Origin: Lingula anatina
Lineage: Eukaryota > Animalia > Brachiopoda
Direction of reading: 5' to 3'
Assembly (NCBI GenBank): GCA_051362555.1
Contig: CM120640.1
Span: 59,436,788-59,500,787, forward strand
Length of the DNA: 64,000 nucleotides
Below the pieces are notes generated by a model, which was not told the DNA's origin, made no database searches, and saw nothing but the letters and a program-made list of their open reading frames with translations. Both the position numbers and the translations under genes were made by a program. Shown in pieces: positions 52,698 through 64,000 of the stretch; position 1 is the stretch's first letter; each line of letters begins with the position of its first letter.

Positions 52698-54624
52698 GTT
52701 CGCGATTATGTAAGCAATATGTAGCATAAAGTTAAAGAACCGTTGCACAATTGTTTTACATACACAATCACTTAAAACGAATGGTTTACAAGTTGAGTTT
52801 TGTCTCACACAAATTCATGTCCCATATGTACAGGTATTTGTGCCATCTTTTCAAGCATTTTTGTGTGGTTTATTAATGCATGTTTAACTGCAGTGGCAGT
52901 GACAGATCTAGACAGAACCTCCTAATTACCTTTGTGAGTACAGTATATCACCAGATGGCGCTATCCTAATCAGAACGTTCGGGGTCGTTATATCATGTTT
53001 CCATCCCTGTTTTTCGTTGTAGAAGAACAGGTCTGGCACCCATATGTCTGTCAGTACCTTGTCAGAGAGGGTGATGGCGGTTGCACTGCTTAAATTGAAT
53101 GCATTAAATGCCAACCGGGGATCATTCCAACGTTGGCGCAGATAAATGGAAACCGAAAAGTCCTGTGGGCGAGAATCATGTTTAGTTATAAGAACTATTT
53201 ACAACATAATTAATTTGATGTTTAAGAGCTTTCCTGGGACTTTGGCCCTCTAAACAACCTTGCATTCTGTTTAAACTAGCCATTTATATACCCGAAAGAC
53301 GTGTTTCATTGACCTGCACCTAGATCACTATCACTGCTGAATCGGTTTAGGTCAATTAACGGAAAATGATCAAACACAAATCCATCTGTTGAATCTTCGG
53401 GACGGAACTCGATGTGCCAGAGAGTCTATTTATGGTACTTTTCACGACAAAATTCTGCGGATAGTCCCTTAATCCAACAAATCTGTCATCTTTTTAATTA
53501 CAATGCATGTATACAGAATGATAATTATCTTATGCCAGATAGTCGAAATAATTACATAAACTGATAAAGGAAATCTAAGAAGCAAGACTGGAAATCTGTT
53601 AGATCTATGAAACGGAACTTAAGATTCTGCCAGCTGGGACAATAAAACGATTCATCTGATGTAGAACACATGCCCTTGACATTTATGTCTCCTTGATCGA
53701 AAAGTTCAATACGATGCCGAGAAAGAAGCAATAAAATGACAAACTCAAGTATGATGTTCGAAATTTGGCCGATGGCGGCCGCTTTTATTGTGAATCCTTG
53801 TACTAAAATGAATTAAATTCTGATGTTAAAATTAAATAATTGTGACAGTGCCAAAATACGTAGATTTTACGCCTGAAAAGACTATAAAACGATTCATCTG
53901 ATGTAGAACACATGCCCTTGACATTTATAATATGGGTTACGGGATAACGCGTGTACATTTATTTCAGAAAAACAAAACCGCTGGCCTGTCGTTTTTTTTT
54001 TTTTTTTTTTTTTTTTTTTCGTTTTTACCATAAATGTTTTGGGGTCCTATTAACATAATGTGCGTTTTATGTCAACTTCATTTGCTACCGGTTAACGGCA
54101 TACTGGGAGGGTTTATTCATTTTAACATCTGTCAATACAGTTCTCTTCGTTATTCAAGTCCCCTCACTTTGATGTTTAATAGATTGGATTGGTTCCATAG
54201 CATTATTGGTTGCAATATAAGACATATAAGGAATATCTTGAGTTTGAATCGAAAAGTTAATGCAGAAAAGTTTACCTTAAGATCAATCGATTTAAGAAAT
54301 ACGTCTTCGTCAATAGATATGATAGACTTGGAATATGGTAAAAGTAAAATTTACTGATAAAAAAGGAGTAACTCATGAAAACACAACAGTTTCATAATAT
54401 TAGATCATAAGCGTTGCCGACATAGAAAGGATCAGAATGATGAATACTTTACCATATTTGCTGTGTTGAATTCACCGAAACCATTGATTGCTATATCAAC
54501 TGTGACATTGGTTGGTTTTCCTACATAAAAAGAGCAGTTTCCACAGTTCTCTTAAATGAACGGACAAAGAGAAAAAATCGTTGTTTTTATACCCCAAATA
54601 GATCGTGAAATCTCATTCTGCATG

Positions 54625-54674
<50 letters not shown>

Positions 54675-55729
54675 CGATATTTATTTTAAAATATTGAAGA
54701 TTAAATTATAATCCGTAAAGCATGACCGGCGCAGACGCTTGGAACAGGATTTTTTTAAAACTCCCATCACCGTGTTTTCTTTATACCCCAGTTGGAGACG
54801 AACTTAACACGGTTCACTTACCATCAGGCAGATGCGGACGTATTCGGCTGTCATATGTGCCGTTTGTCAACACGCGGTTGAAGGAGGCGTGTTGCTCTGC
54901 TGTGCTATGTTTGTTATGGAACGAAAACATAATTGATAGATGATGTGGTAGATCAAATACCATAGCTTGAAATTGCAAAAAGACATTGGCATAAGATTTT
55001 GGTTTTACATTTATGGTTAAACTTAAAAAGCCAATACGTTTTCACACGAAGGGCGTCACATTACCACATTCTACACTGAAAAAGGTCTTTGTTGCGTACA
55101 ACCTGTATTTGTGCCAGTTTTAAGAACGGTTCATTTGGAATGACCGTGTTAGCAAGGTATGTGTCAAAAATAGAGGTGGACCATTTAAATAAACTGTATC
55201 AAATGAATTCAATTTAAATATCTGGATAAAAAAGTAAACTTGAATAAATGGGTGATTTAATGTGTAAGACAACAGAGTCCCGCCAACAAAAAGTTAGTTA
55301 AATAACCATAGCACGTGCATTTTAGTCAGTATCTAGATTAATGGCGTAAATGCGTAAATTAAAGGCGCACTTGGATAATATTGGTAATTAGATGGTGTAG
55401 TTGCACATCAATAAAAATACGTAAAATTCTTTAAAATGGTTCATGCATGAATCGCCTCTTGTTTCTTGTGTTTTTGAAATACCCTTGTCATCAACGAGAC
55501 GCGGTTAAATTTATTACGTACACATTTTTAAAAACAGCTTTGTCAGGCAATCCTGTGAGAAATTCAATTAACCTTTATGAGACACACAAATACGACACTT
55601 GAAAAAAAATAGAATTCCATCATATTAAGTTAAGAAGAGATAAACTTACCTTAGCGCAGGCTGAGATCTACTCCAGCCAAATACATTTAGTAATACTGAC
55701 AAAGTGAAGTATGATATAAGCCTCTCCAT
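50612..55729 (-). CDS. Cys-loop ligand-gated chloride channel subunit A (GlyR/GluCl-like), 8 exons, 434 aa
   Basis: GT-AG exons assembled in frame by hand: 55729-55650 (signal peptide MERLISYFTLSVLLNVFGWS), 54904-54822 (YDSRIRP), 54520-54453, 53162-52930 (YLRQRWNDPRL, WVPDLFFYNEK), 52532-52450 (Cys-loop CLYDFYKFPMDSQTC), 51989-51855, 51573-51197 (loop C second Cys, M1-M3, PARVSIGVITVLTITTQS), 50857-50612 (M4 FNVIYW). Total 1305 nt, no internal stops. Confidence 0.92.
52648..52697. repeat. (TTA)n microsatellite in a channel A intron
   Basis: Directly visible; it produces a spurious poly-Asn ORF. Confidence 0.95.
53642..53927. repeat. ~45-bp perfect direct repeat in channel A intron 3
   Basis: ATAAAACGATTCATCTGATGTAGAACACATGCCCTTGACATTTAT occurs at about 53642 and 53884. 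Confidence 0.85.
54630..54671. repeat. (CA)n microsatellite
   Basis: Directly visible. Confidence 0.9.
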
Positions 55730-55996
55730 TTCGGACTACACTCACTCGTCTGAGGACGGTAGACAATACAGCAAAGTTACCGTTCTAATTATACGTATGC
55801 GATGGGCTTGTGGTCAGAACAAAAAGTTTTAGTCTTACCCACGATGTGTCATAGACGATTAAAAGAATACCTGGTGACAGATAAAAGATAACATATAGCC
55901 CTCTCAGGCTGGGTGTTCATAAGGGGGCGCTCGTAAAGAATAGCTTTATTTTTCTGAGACTCATAATTCCAAACCGTTAACTCCAAATAAACAATT

Positions 55997-55998
55997 GT

Positions 55999-56049
<51 letters not shown>

Positions 56050-56052
56050 TTT
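55997..56052. repeat. (TTTA)n microsatellite
   Basis: Directly visible. Confidence 0.9.
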
Positions 56053-57020
56053 GATCAGTGCCGCTTACAAGTAATGAAAAAAGACTAAAATTATAATATA
56101 AGTATATAAGGCTAATAAAAATCTCGGCTATGTTAAAGAAGACTTTACATGTAACATAAACAAGATTGTTCAAAGTATAAATAAATTGCACAAATATTTA
56201 GTAAGATAACGCAGACGCACAGTGTGAAATCCCCACGTCTCAAATTAATTGTGAACACGAATAGATAATCTAGATGATCGCATTGGAGGTACCTTTTTAG
56301 GTACCCTCCACATTTGTCATTTTCCTAGTGTCTCTATCGCCAACTATCTAAGCAACCTATTAATTTTTTTCAACTTGCTTATCTAAAAAATACAGGAAGC
56401 AGACGACTTGATTCCTGTTAAATTTCTAGCCCACATTGTTGAATTTACAAATACAAGTTAGCTCTCTATATATTAACCCTCCCATCCCCAGTTTGTGCTG
56501 GCCGCATTTACTCACGGAATATGAGCTGTTGGGAGGGTGCATGCACACCGTCTTTTTTTCTGGTATTAGTATGAAATTAGTTATAACGAAGTTGAACGCA
56601 ACTTGAGGCTGAATCATTCACAATTGGACATACTTAAGCCAAGCCAAGTACATTAACGCGATTGGGTCTCCTGGCCATCCGGTGGCATTACACGGTCAAA
56701 ATCAAAGATATTGTAGTCTGGTTGCGAACATGCCTTTGAGTACCTCAGCGTAACATTCTTTATGTGTGCTGCATATATCCAATTAACAGGTGTGTAAGAC
56801 ACCTGGCGATGTATTAGTCACAATTACAGCACTTCGTGTTTAACATAATCCCATTAAGGATGCAATTTATCTTTATTCAATATTTATGGTACAATTAAAA
56901 GAAAAGGTGACCCCCTACACAGAGTCTTCTAATGTACATATTATAAAATTATTGTGGAAATAAATCATTGCCTTGTCAGAGGGGACACTTTTCTGGTAGT
57001 AGTTTAGTATAGCTACTTAT

Positions 57021-57188
57021 CAGGGGCGGATTTAGGCCGTCTTCTGGGTCATCCAGAAGACGGTCAGATTTTCAAGTTTACATAGATAGGTATGTAATTT
57101 TTCCTGTTGGAAGACGGTCAAAATTGGAGGATTGATCAACAAAGATAATCTTGAAGACTGTCAGAAAATAGCTCTGGATCTGCCCCTG
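57021..57188 (+). mobile_element. hAT-like MITE with 5-bp TSD (CTTAT)
   Basis: CTTAT|CAGGGGCGGATTTAGGCCGTCTTCTGGG...CTCTGGATCTGCCCCTG|CTTAT; same family as 30183-30358. Confidence 0.82.
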
Positions 57189-57694
57189 CTTATGGAATTA
57201 AGTGCTTGTGTTCCTGGAAAAGTCTACATGTTACATTTAAAGCATAATTCAATAAATCATCAAAGAAATTAAAAATTTAATTCAAACCCTTACAGCATTC
57301 AGCACGTGTGAGAAACGGGGCCAACACATGGGGCTGGTTGATCAAAATAACTCAGCAAGGAAATTGACCAGAGAAGTCCTGTCCAGTCAGTGGAAGTCAA
57401 ATTTAACATCGCACCTGTTTTATCTAAAAACAGGCTTGACTTATGTTTCAGACACAGTGCTTTATTTAACTGACTGCCTTGGGCTTATCTTGAACTGATC
57501 TAAAGAGTAAAAGAATCGTGTTGGATCATTGTCAGAAGCGTGATATAATGATTTACATTTTGAACACCGCGGAAAACCCATTTTGATTGCTCACACGATT
57601 ACCGTTACTTAACCAGACCTTTGTATGCAACATAAACGAATTCTTGTCAATGCTATTTCAAAACCAAGGTACGAGAATCCCCGGTCTGTGTCTG

Positions 57695-60600
57695 CTATTT
57701 CTGCACAATTAAATACACACTCCAATATATAATATTAAATACGGCAAACCCGATGAAAAAAACAAATTTCGCTACTTTGTCAACATTGCTCATAGTTAGC
57801 CAAGGTTTGTCGAATTCAGATGCTCCTAAAGCGCCATTGACTTCTACGTGAAGATCCACTTTGCTCCCATTCAAGTCGGTGGAAAACGAATCCCTGAACT
57901 GAAATCAAAATTTATTTTTTAAATTTATTTAAATTAATTTTTATTGAAATAATGCTCTTTATTTTGTTTATAAGTGCCTGTATTAAATTCGACTTTACAA
58001 TGTTTTCTCCGAGTTAAATTCTACCGTCCTTAATATATTGTATCATAGCCGACGGTGGCTCTTGCAGACAGGCACTTACCGCTTTGTTTATATTTCCAGC
58101 CAATGCTCCAATTCCTTTCTTTTCTCGTTTCTTTTCCTTTTGTAGCAGCACATTAACTGCCGTGTACTCCAACATGGAACCGAATACGAAGAGAAGACAC
58201 GCTGTCAGCCATACGTCAGCCGCTGTGATGTAGGAGACAGTTGGAAGGCGGTCTTGGATGCTGACGCTTTGCGTTGTGATGGTGAGAACGGTGATAAGCC
58301 CGATTGAGACTCTTGCTGGGACTGCCCGTGGGTCTATGAAGAAGTTGAGGAAAGACAACAGCACAACGACAACTGTAGGGGCATAAAGTTTCAACAAGTA
58401 GAAGCGTATGTCTCGTTTGAGTTGAAACTTGACCGAGATGCAGCTATATTCTCCTAGGAAAGATATAAGGTTTACGGCGAACTCAATATACAGTACTTGT
58501 AAGCAAAGGTGAAATGAGGAAGCAATCAGCCCCTCGAGACAAATTAATGTTGTATTGTTATTAATGTCCCAACCTAATGGCCTCCCTTTGTGATATACAG
58601 GTATTGAGAAGAAGTTATGGTAATTTCTTTTCGCAGTTTGAGAACTAACCAAATATTTTTTGCCGATTTTCGAAACGTGCCACCTCGGTGTATGTTATCT
58701 TGGATAGGGAATTTACCTGTGATAGTTCTTCCTGTGCAGTTGTATATTAGTGACCAATCCTCTAAGGTAAACTCTGGAGTAAAGAGGGTCGTTTCTGTCT
58801 GAAGAGGATCGTCGTCCCATTGATATATCACGTCGTTGGTGGTATGTGCGTCTGAAAAGTATTACAAAGGACAAGTTTTGTCTATTCATTAGGATATTTA
58901 AACTACACATCGTATTGCCTTTAACGTGTTTAATAACATGAATTCTATTTAGTAGTTTAAAGATTTTAAATGAACACGCACTTTGGTTGAAAATGTTCAT
59001 CTTTTTAAGATATCTAGATCGTATAACATAAGTTGAAACTGTGCATAAAACAACCAACCAAAGCTTTAAAGGGCAACTTGGTGGACTCTTACAGCTTTTC
59101 ATCTGTATCTCACATGTCTGAGAATCCATTGGGAAATCGATGAAGTTATAAAGACAGCCTAATTTTAGCGATAGCCTGCAATAAAAACCATATGTATACA
59201 AAGTCAGGCGAATAAATAAACCTGCAAACATTCATAATACGTATTTTGTCAATAATGAAAAAAACATTATATCATTTACAGTAAGTGGCAGTTATATCTC
59301 TCCCACCTATCATCAAGTTGGCCAGGGTATTACTAGTTGTTGAAATACACAAATATGGCTGAAACAATTTTGAGGATAAAAACAATACTTTAAGATTTTA
59401 CGAATCAAATCTACTCCATAACTGTTTTGTAGGGTTGCTATAATAACGCACACATAACCCGGTTTTAGTCAATGATGCATTGTAGTCCAGTAGTCACTTC
59501 TATGCCCCTTATAGATGAACTTAAAAATTGTTTCGTATTGATTTCTGGTCCAACAAGGTCCCAGGATAACAGAGATTGTCATTTTGGCAACTTTGAGCGA
59601 CTTAAAATACCCGAAAAGACCGTCAAGCTAAATCTGTTTTAATGCTTAATCGGACACTGTATCAAGAAAGAAACTTTAAAGGACACAACACGTCTAGATT
59701 CCGAAATTGTCACTTCACTTACATGTAGTAGAATCGTGCTTACAGTACTCATAGTCTATCATCAAATCATTTTAGCGTGTTTATATGTAGGTGTGATGAG
59801 AATTTTATGTGTATCCTTTTTGAAAACAAAACAAAACAAAATGGCTGCCATTAGCCATAGAAGGTGGGGTTCAGTTAATACCTGCGAGAGATAGGCTTAC
59901 AAATAAAATGAAGCTGAATTCAGTTGTTATTCTGTTTTTTTAGTATTATTATCCCATGATACATATCTGTTAGGTATTTAATGTCCATATTTTAACATTT
60001 TGGGGAAATCCAAAATGGCCTTCTTTTCCCCATAGGAAAACTGGTGTATTAGATTTTATAGGCACTTCTAAGGCAAATGAGGGTAATCATGATATTTTTT
60101 CAAAATACTTAAGGGTATACACTTGTTACCCACCAGATAGATATCTAAAAGTCCAAAAAGAATGTGGGAAATACCGAGAAACAAAATTCATTTAATATTG
60201 AACCCAATGTCTCTCTGGTAGTAGTTGACTGTACTATTCCTATTGTGAATTGCAGCAATCTTGAATTTTCTCAAATACGCAAGATGCACACTTGCTACAC
60301 ACCGGATTTATAAAGAGTAAGGTTAATAAGGATGTCAACATGTTTAAACATCAAACGGCTTTATTTCATGTTGGAATCAATGTCTTAACTGTTCTATTAA
60401 TTGACACCTATGTGCATTTGAATGATATATTCCTATGACAACTGGCAGCTATCTTTAGTTTTCTCCGAATATTACTCAAGGATACATACACTTTCAAAAC
60501 ACACAGAGTCTTTCATAAGGATAAATAGGATATGAAGAACATTTAAAAACGACCCAAAGTTAACTACATTTAAATCGTACTCACTGTATCTCTAGCATTA

Positions 60601-63600
60601 TTTGATTATGTGTTCGAATATTCTAATGACAAAAGGCAGACATCTTGAATTTTTTCAGAATACCCAAAGATACACACATGCTACAGACCAGGTATACATC
60701 ATAGGGGTAATAATTAATGGAATGAAAAACATAAATTATTTTTAAAACAAACCCTTGGTAATGTAATTGTATAATGAACCATATGCCCCTCTAGCAGCAA
60801 TTGAAACCCACCCATTAGTATTCCTATGTTAAATTGTAGGTATCTTTTTCTCAGAATATCCAAGGATGCACACTATTCACCCACCAGATATTTATATCAT
60901 AGGACTAATAAGGATGGGCAAAACTTTATAAGCAAACACAAATTCACCCTGGCAGTAGATGAAAAGCTATGGGTGTGCAGTTGTAATTCCAGTAGTATTC
61001 CAGTGACGGCCATCTTGGGTTTTCTCAAAATGATCAAATATGCACATTTATTACCTGCTAGATATGTATCACAGTGTAATAATAATGTGTAAAACACTAA
61101 AAAAATAAACTGAATTTGATAGTGAATTAGCTGGCATTATTCTAACCCTTTGTAATACTAGAAGTATTCCTATTACATATGACGGCCATCTTGGATTTTC
61201 TCAAAATGCCCAAGAATACTGTTAGTTGCTCACCACAAACATATTGTGTGGGAAGAAAGGATGTGGAAAACACTCAGAAACCAGCTTAATTTGATAGTGA
61301 AAAATTAATCTTTCCAGTTGCCATTAGTTGAATCCCCCGTATACTAGAATTCCTGTGGCACATGGCAGCCATCTTGGATTTTCCAAAATGCCCAAGAACA
61401 CTTCGTAGTTACTCACCACAAACATATTATGTGGGTAACAAAGATCTGAGAAACAGACTTAATTTGATAGTGGACAACGTATCGTTCTAGCTGGTAATAG
61501 TTGTGCACAAGTATTCCTATGGCTGTTTCTATGGCAAATGACAGCCATCTTGGAATTTTTCAAAAGCTCCAAGGGAACTTGTTTGCTATCTGACATATAT
61601 GAATAAAATGGGTAGTAAGGGTGTGGAAACCTCTGAGAAAATAATTTATTTGATAAAAATCAATATAGGTTTGAACATATTTCTAAAGAATTCAATAAAT
61701 TGGCGGCCATTTTGGATTTTTTTGGCCAAACGGTAATTTTTTTCCGTGGGCTACGGCTCTAATTTGATTTAGAATGTCAAAAGGTACCCACATGCAAAAT
61801 TTGGTGCTTTTATCCGCCGTGTCACGATTTTTTCCCTAAGCCACCGGACTAATAACAATGTACAGTTGTATATGCGAGCGTTAATGTACGTGTGTGAACT
61901 TTACCTTTGTGAGTAAAGGATATCACCTTCAGGTGAAATACGTATCATGACATTTGGCGTAGTGACGTCATGCCGCCATGACCTTTTTTCGTTTGGAAAG
62001 AATAAGTCAGGAACCCAGAGATCTGAGAGCGCTTTGTCGGACAAGGTAACGGTCACGCGATTGGAGTTATTGGCGCTGGCCACCAAACGATGATCGCTCC
62101 ACATTTGCCGAAGGTATAGATTTACAGTGAAGTCCTGCCAGCAAATTAAAGTATTAGATTAACAATACTGCTTTAGCAATCGAAACTACATGGTAGGCAT
62201 ATATAGTTTTATACTTTTTAAAGAAAAGAAACATTCTTGTTGATTTTCAAGATTTACATTGTCTGCAAATGCGGCTTTATCAACAGAAGTTTGTTATCTG
62301 AATATTTATAAAAATAAATGTTATGATTTCACATATGACCGCCGATTTAATATACAGGTACGAATACTACTGTACACAAACATAAATTGTGTTCTCAAAT
62401 ATTATAAAACCATAATTTTACACCAGCACGACAGTTGTAAAACAAAAGCAAAATATTCTCTATAGTCAATACACGAACTGCAGTATATGACGAAACGAGA
62501 AGAAAATACAATAGCTACCATGTCTGCTCCGTTGAATTCACTGAATATATTAATGGCCAGGTTGACTCTGATGGTGTCTGGTGTTCCTGTGGGAAAAAAC
62601 AAACAATTGAGGGAAATGACTACATGTACAAATGTACAGCCCACTGCCCGCCTTTTACTTACAGGTTTAAGTAAACGCAATGCTTCCCTAATGCATTAAG
62701 TCAAAGGAAAGTCAATTAATAATAAACTGAGACGGCATATGCGTCAAATATTGCTTTCCATTAAAGATTACAAACATAATAGGAGTACCAGCTAGGTAAT
62801 TATGCTTTTTATCGAACTGAGTGAACTGAGTGAAGACACTAACTTAGTTAACATAATATTCTAAAATTGTCCAGGACGACCGCACTTACTATAATGCGCT
62901 AGTATACGCTGCTGTTCCTTATCAGCGAAATATCTATGATTTGCTATACCCCCCTCCCCCGGTACTTTACTTACCCACACTAAGATGAGGCCGAATTCTG
63001 CCATCATATCCACTGCTGAATGTTAAATGGTCCAGATTCAATAAGGCATCATGTTCATTATCGAAGGGTGACCTGTTGAGATAAGATTAAATAAACTAGA
63101 AAAGCACTCCGAGAGCGCAGACCTCCGCCAAGGCAGCAAAGTCTCCACCCAATGCCGTTTCACCCATAAATTTTCATTCTATAATGATTTAGTTTTTTGA
63201 TTTTTGATTATTGATTGATTATTGATCCACCACCAAAAACTTATCATCTGTTCCTTGGCCCACTTCTGACAGTTCCTGAAAATTTCATCAAAATCGGTCC
63301 ATAACTTTTTGAGTTATGTTGATGACAGACAGACAGACAGACAAAAAAACAAACAAGGGTGAAAACATAACCTCCTTGGCGGAGGTAAAAATAGCTTGTA
63401 TTTGTATACTTGTTCTTTAATTATTTGAAGGCGCCTAATCACCTTATTTCTGCAACTGGCTTGAAACTACCACGCTATCTCATTACATCTTGGTAAGCAG
63501 AACGCTACAGAGCACAATTATCTAATGCAGTATGTCCTAACATGCCCAAGCAGAGACCACAAACACTGTACATGTAAGTGCACTTACTTTTTCGCCATTT

Positions 63601-63667
63601 GTGCAACTAAATATTCAACGTTGTATAAGACCAGCAGCACCATAATACAAGTCTTATTCGTTGGCAT
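57695..63667 (-). CDS. Cys-loop ligand-gated chloride channel subunit B (GlyR/GluCl-like), 8 exons, 423 aa; tandem paralog of A
   Basis: Exons: 63667-63588 (signal peptide MPTNKTCIMVLLVLY), 63072-62975 (YDGRIRP), 62586-62519, 62134-61905 (YLRQMWSDHRL, WVPDLFFPNEK), 59175-59093 (CLYNFIDFPMDSQTC), 58851-58717, 58453-58080 (PARVSIGLITVLTITTQS), 57898-57695 (FNIIYW). Total 1272 nt, same intron phases as gene A. Confidence 0.9.
59483..61851. mobile_element. ~2.4-kb non-coding TIR element with internal ~180-195-bp tandem repeats (Academ- or hAT-like)
   Basis: Termini TAGTCCAGTAG ... CCACCGGACTA form an inverted pair. The unit core GGC(A/G)GCCATCTTGGATTTT..CAAAAT recurs at about 60250, 60445, 60635, 60838, 61008, 61184, 61365, 61543 and 61703. 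No TSD was recognised. It lies in intron 4 of channel B. Confidence 0.65.
63094..63387 (+). mobile_element. HINE/Helentron-associated (DINE-1-like) non-autonomous element in intron 1 of channel B
   Basis: Subterminal inverted repeats ACCTCCGCCAAGG (63121-63133) and CCTTGGCGGAGGT (63374-63386), a (GACA)n microsatellite at ~63325-63343, a 3' hairpin ACCTCC-TTGGC-GGAGGT, and A-run flanks without a TSD. Confidence 0.7.
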
Positions 63668-64000
63668 GATTGCTGCTATGGTTCAGGTGTCCATTGTTCA
63701 AATCTATATCTTCTGCTACCGGGAGTAAAAAAACCTCCATCAACTCATATCTCGGTTGTCCAATTGGAGCTTGACTTAAGTTCACATGTGACGTTTTCCT
63801 AACCCCAGTCCCTGGAGCGTCTTGAATGTGTCAGCCGACGGTACAATAATGAAACTCAAGACTAATACACAAAGTGATACGCACTATTATTCATTGATTT
63901 GATATGTATCCTATTAATACTTTAAACAAACCTGTGGAAATTACCGTATCGCCGTTGATTAACGAGTCCGACCTCATGTACATTGAAGCCATATTGTAGT

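Noticed and set aside
58713-59231. 172-aa ORF (and the 58014-58652 and 51098-51529 ORFs) as standalone genes
   Set aside because: These are exons of the channel genes read through into introns.
60200-61750. Regularly spaced repeats resembling a CRISPR array
   Set aside because: The context is a eukaryotic intron, the units are degenerate along their whole length without unique spacers, and there are no cas genes.
61962-61969. Perfect CRE palindrome TGACGTCA
   Set aside because: It lies inside coding exon 4 of channel B (His-Asp-Val-Thr codons), with no evidence of a regulatory role.
50612-63667. Idea that the two Cys-loop channels are dopamine-gated because they neighbour dopamine GPCRs
   Set aside because: Only proximity supports it. 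The retained loop-D Arg (carboxylate binding) and the loss of the loop-B acidic residue argue against an amine ligand. It is still worth including dopamine in a ligand screen.

Overview
AT-rich metazoan (invertebrate-like) genomic DNA with spliceosomal introns, microsatellites and MITEs; the organism cannot be named from sequence alone. All five host genes I can support are neurotransmitter receptors on the minus strand. Three form a tandem array of D1-class dopamine GPCRs that appear to belong to three different ancient lineages: a Dop1R1-type receptor (start 895, runs off the left edge), a vertebrate D1/D5-type receptor (19503-18405 plus an unresolved terminal exon) and an INDR/Dop1R2-type receptor (35676-33919). 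Two are tandem 8-exon Cys-loop chloride-channel subunits (55729-50612, 434 aa; 63667-57695, 423 aa) of the GlyR/GluCl group, with an atypical ligand-binding site (loop-B Glu replaced by His/Lys) and an atypical pore (Ile at M2 6'). Intergenic and intronic space holds LINE remnants (Rex1/Babar-like, RTE-like), several MITE families (Harbinger-like, Tc1-like, 5-bp-TSD hAT-like, HINE-like), a 2.4-kb element carrying tandem repeats, and a strongly over-represented TACATGTA octamer. Family calls come from motif recognition, not database searches.
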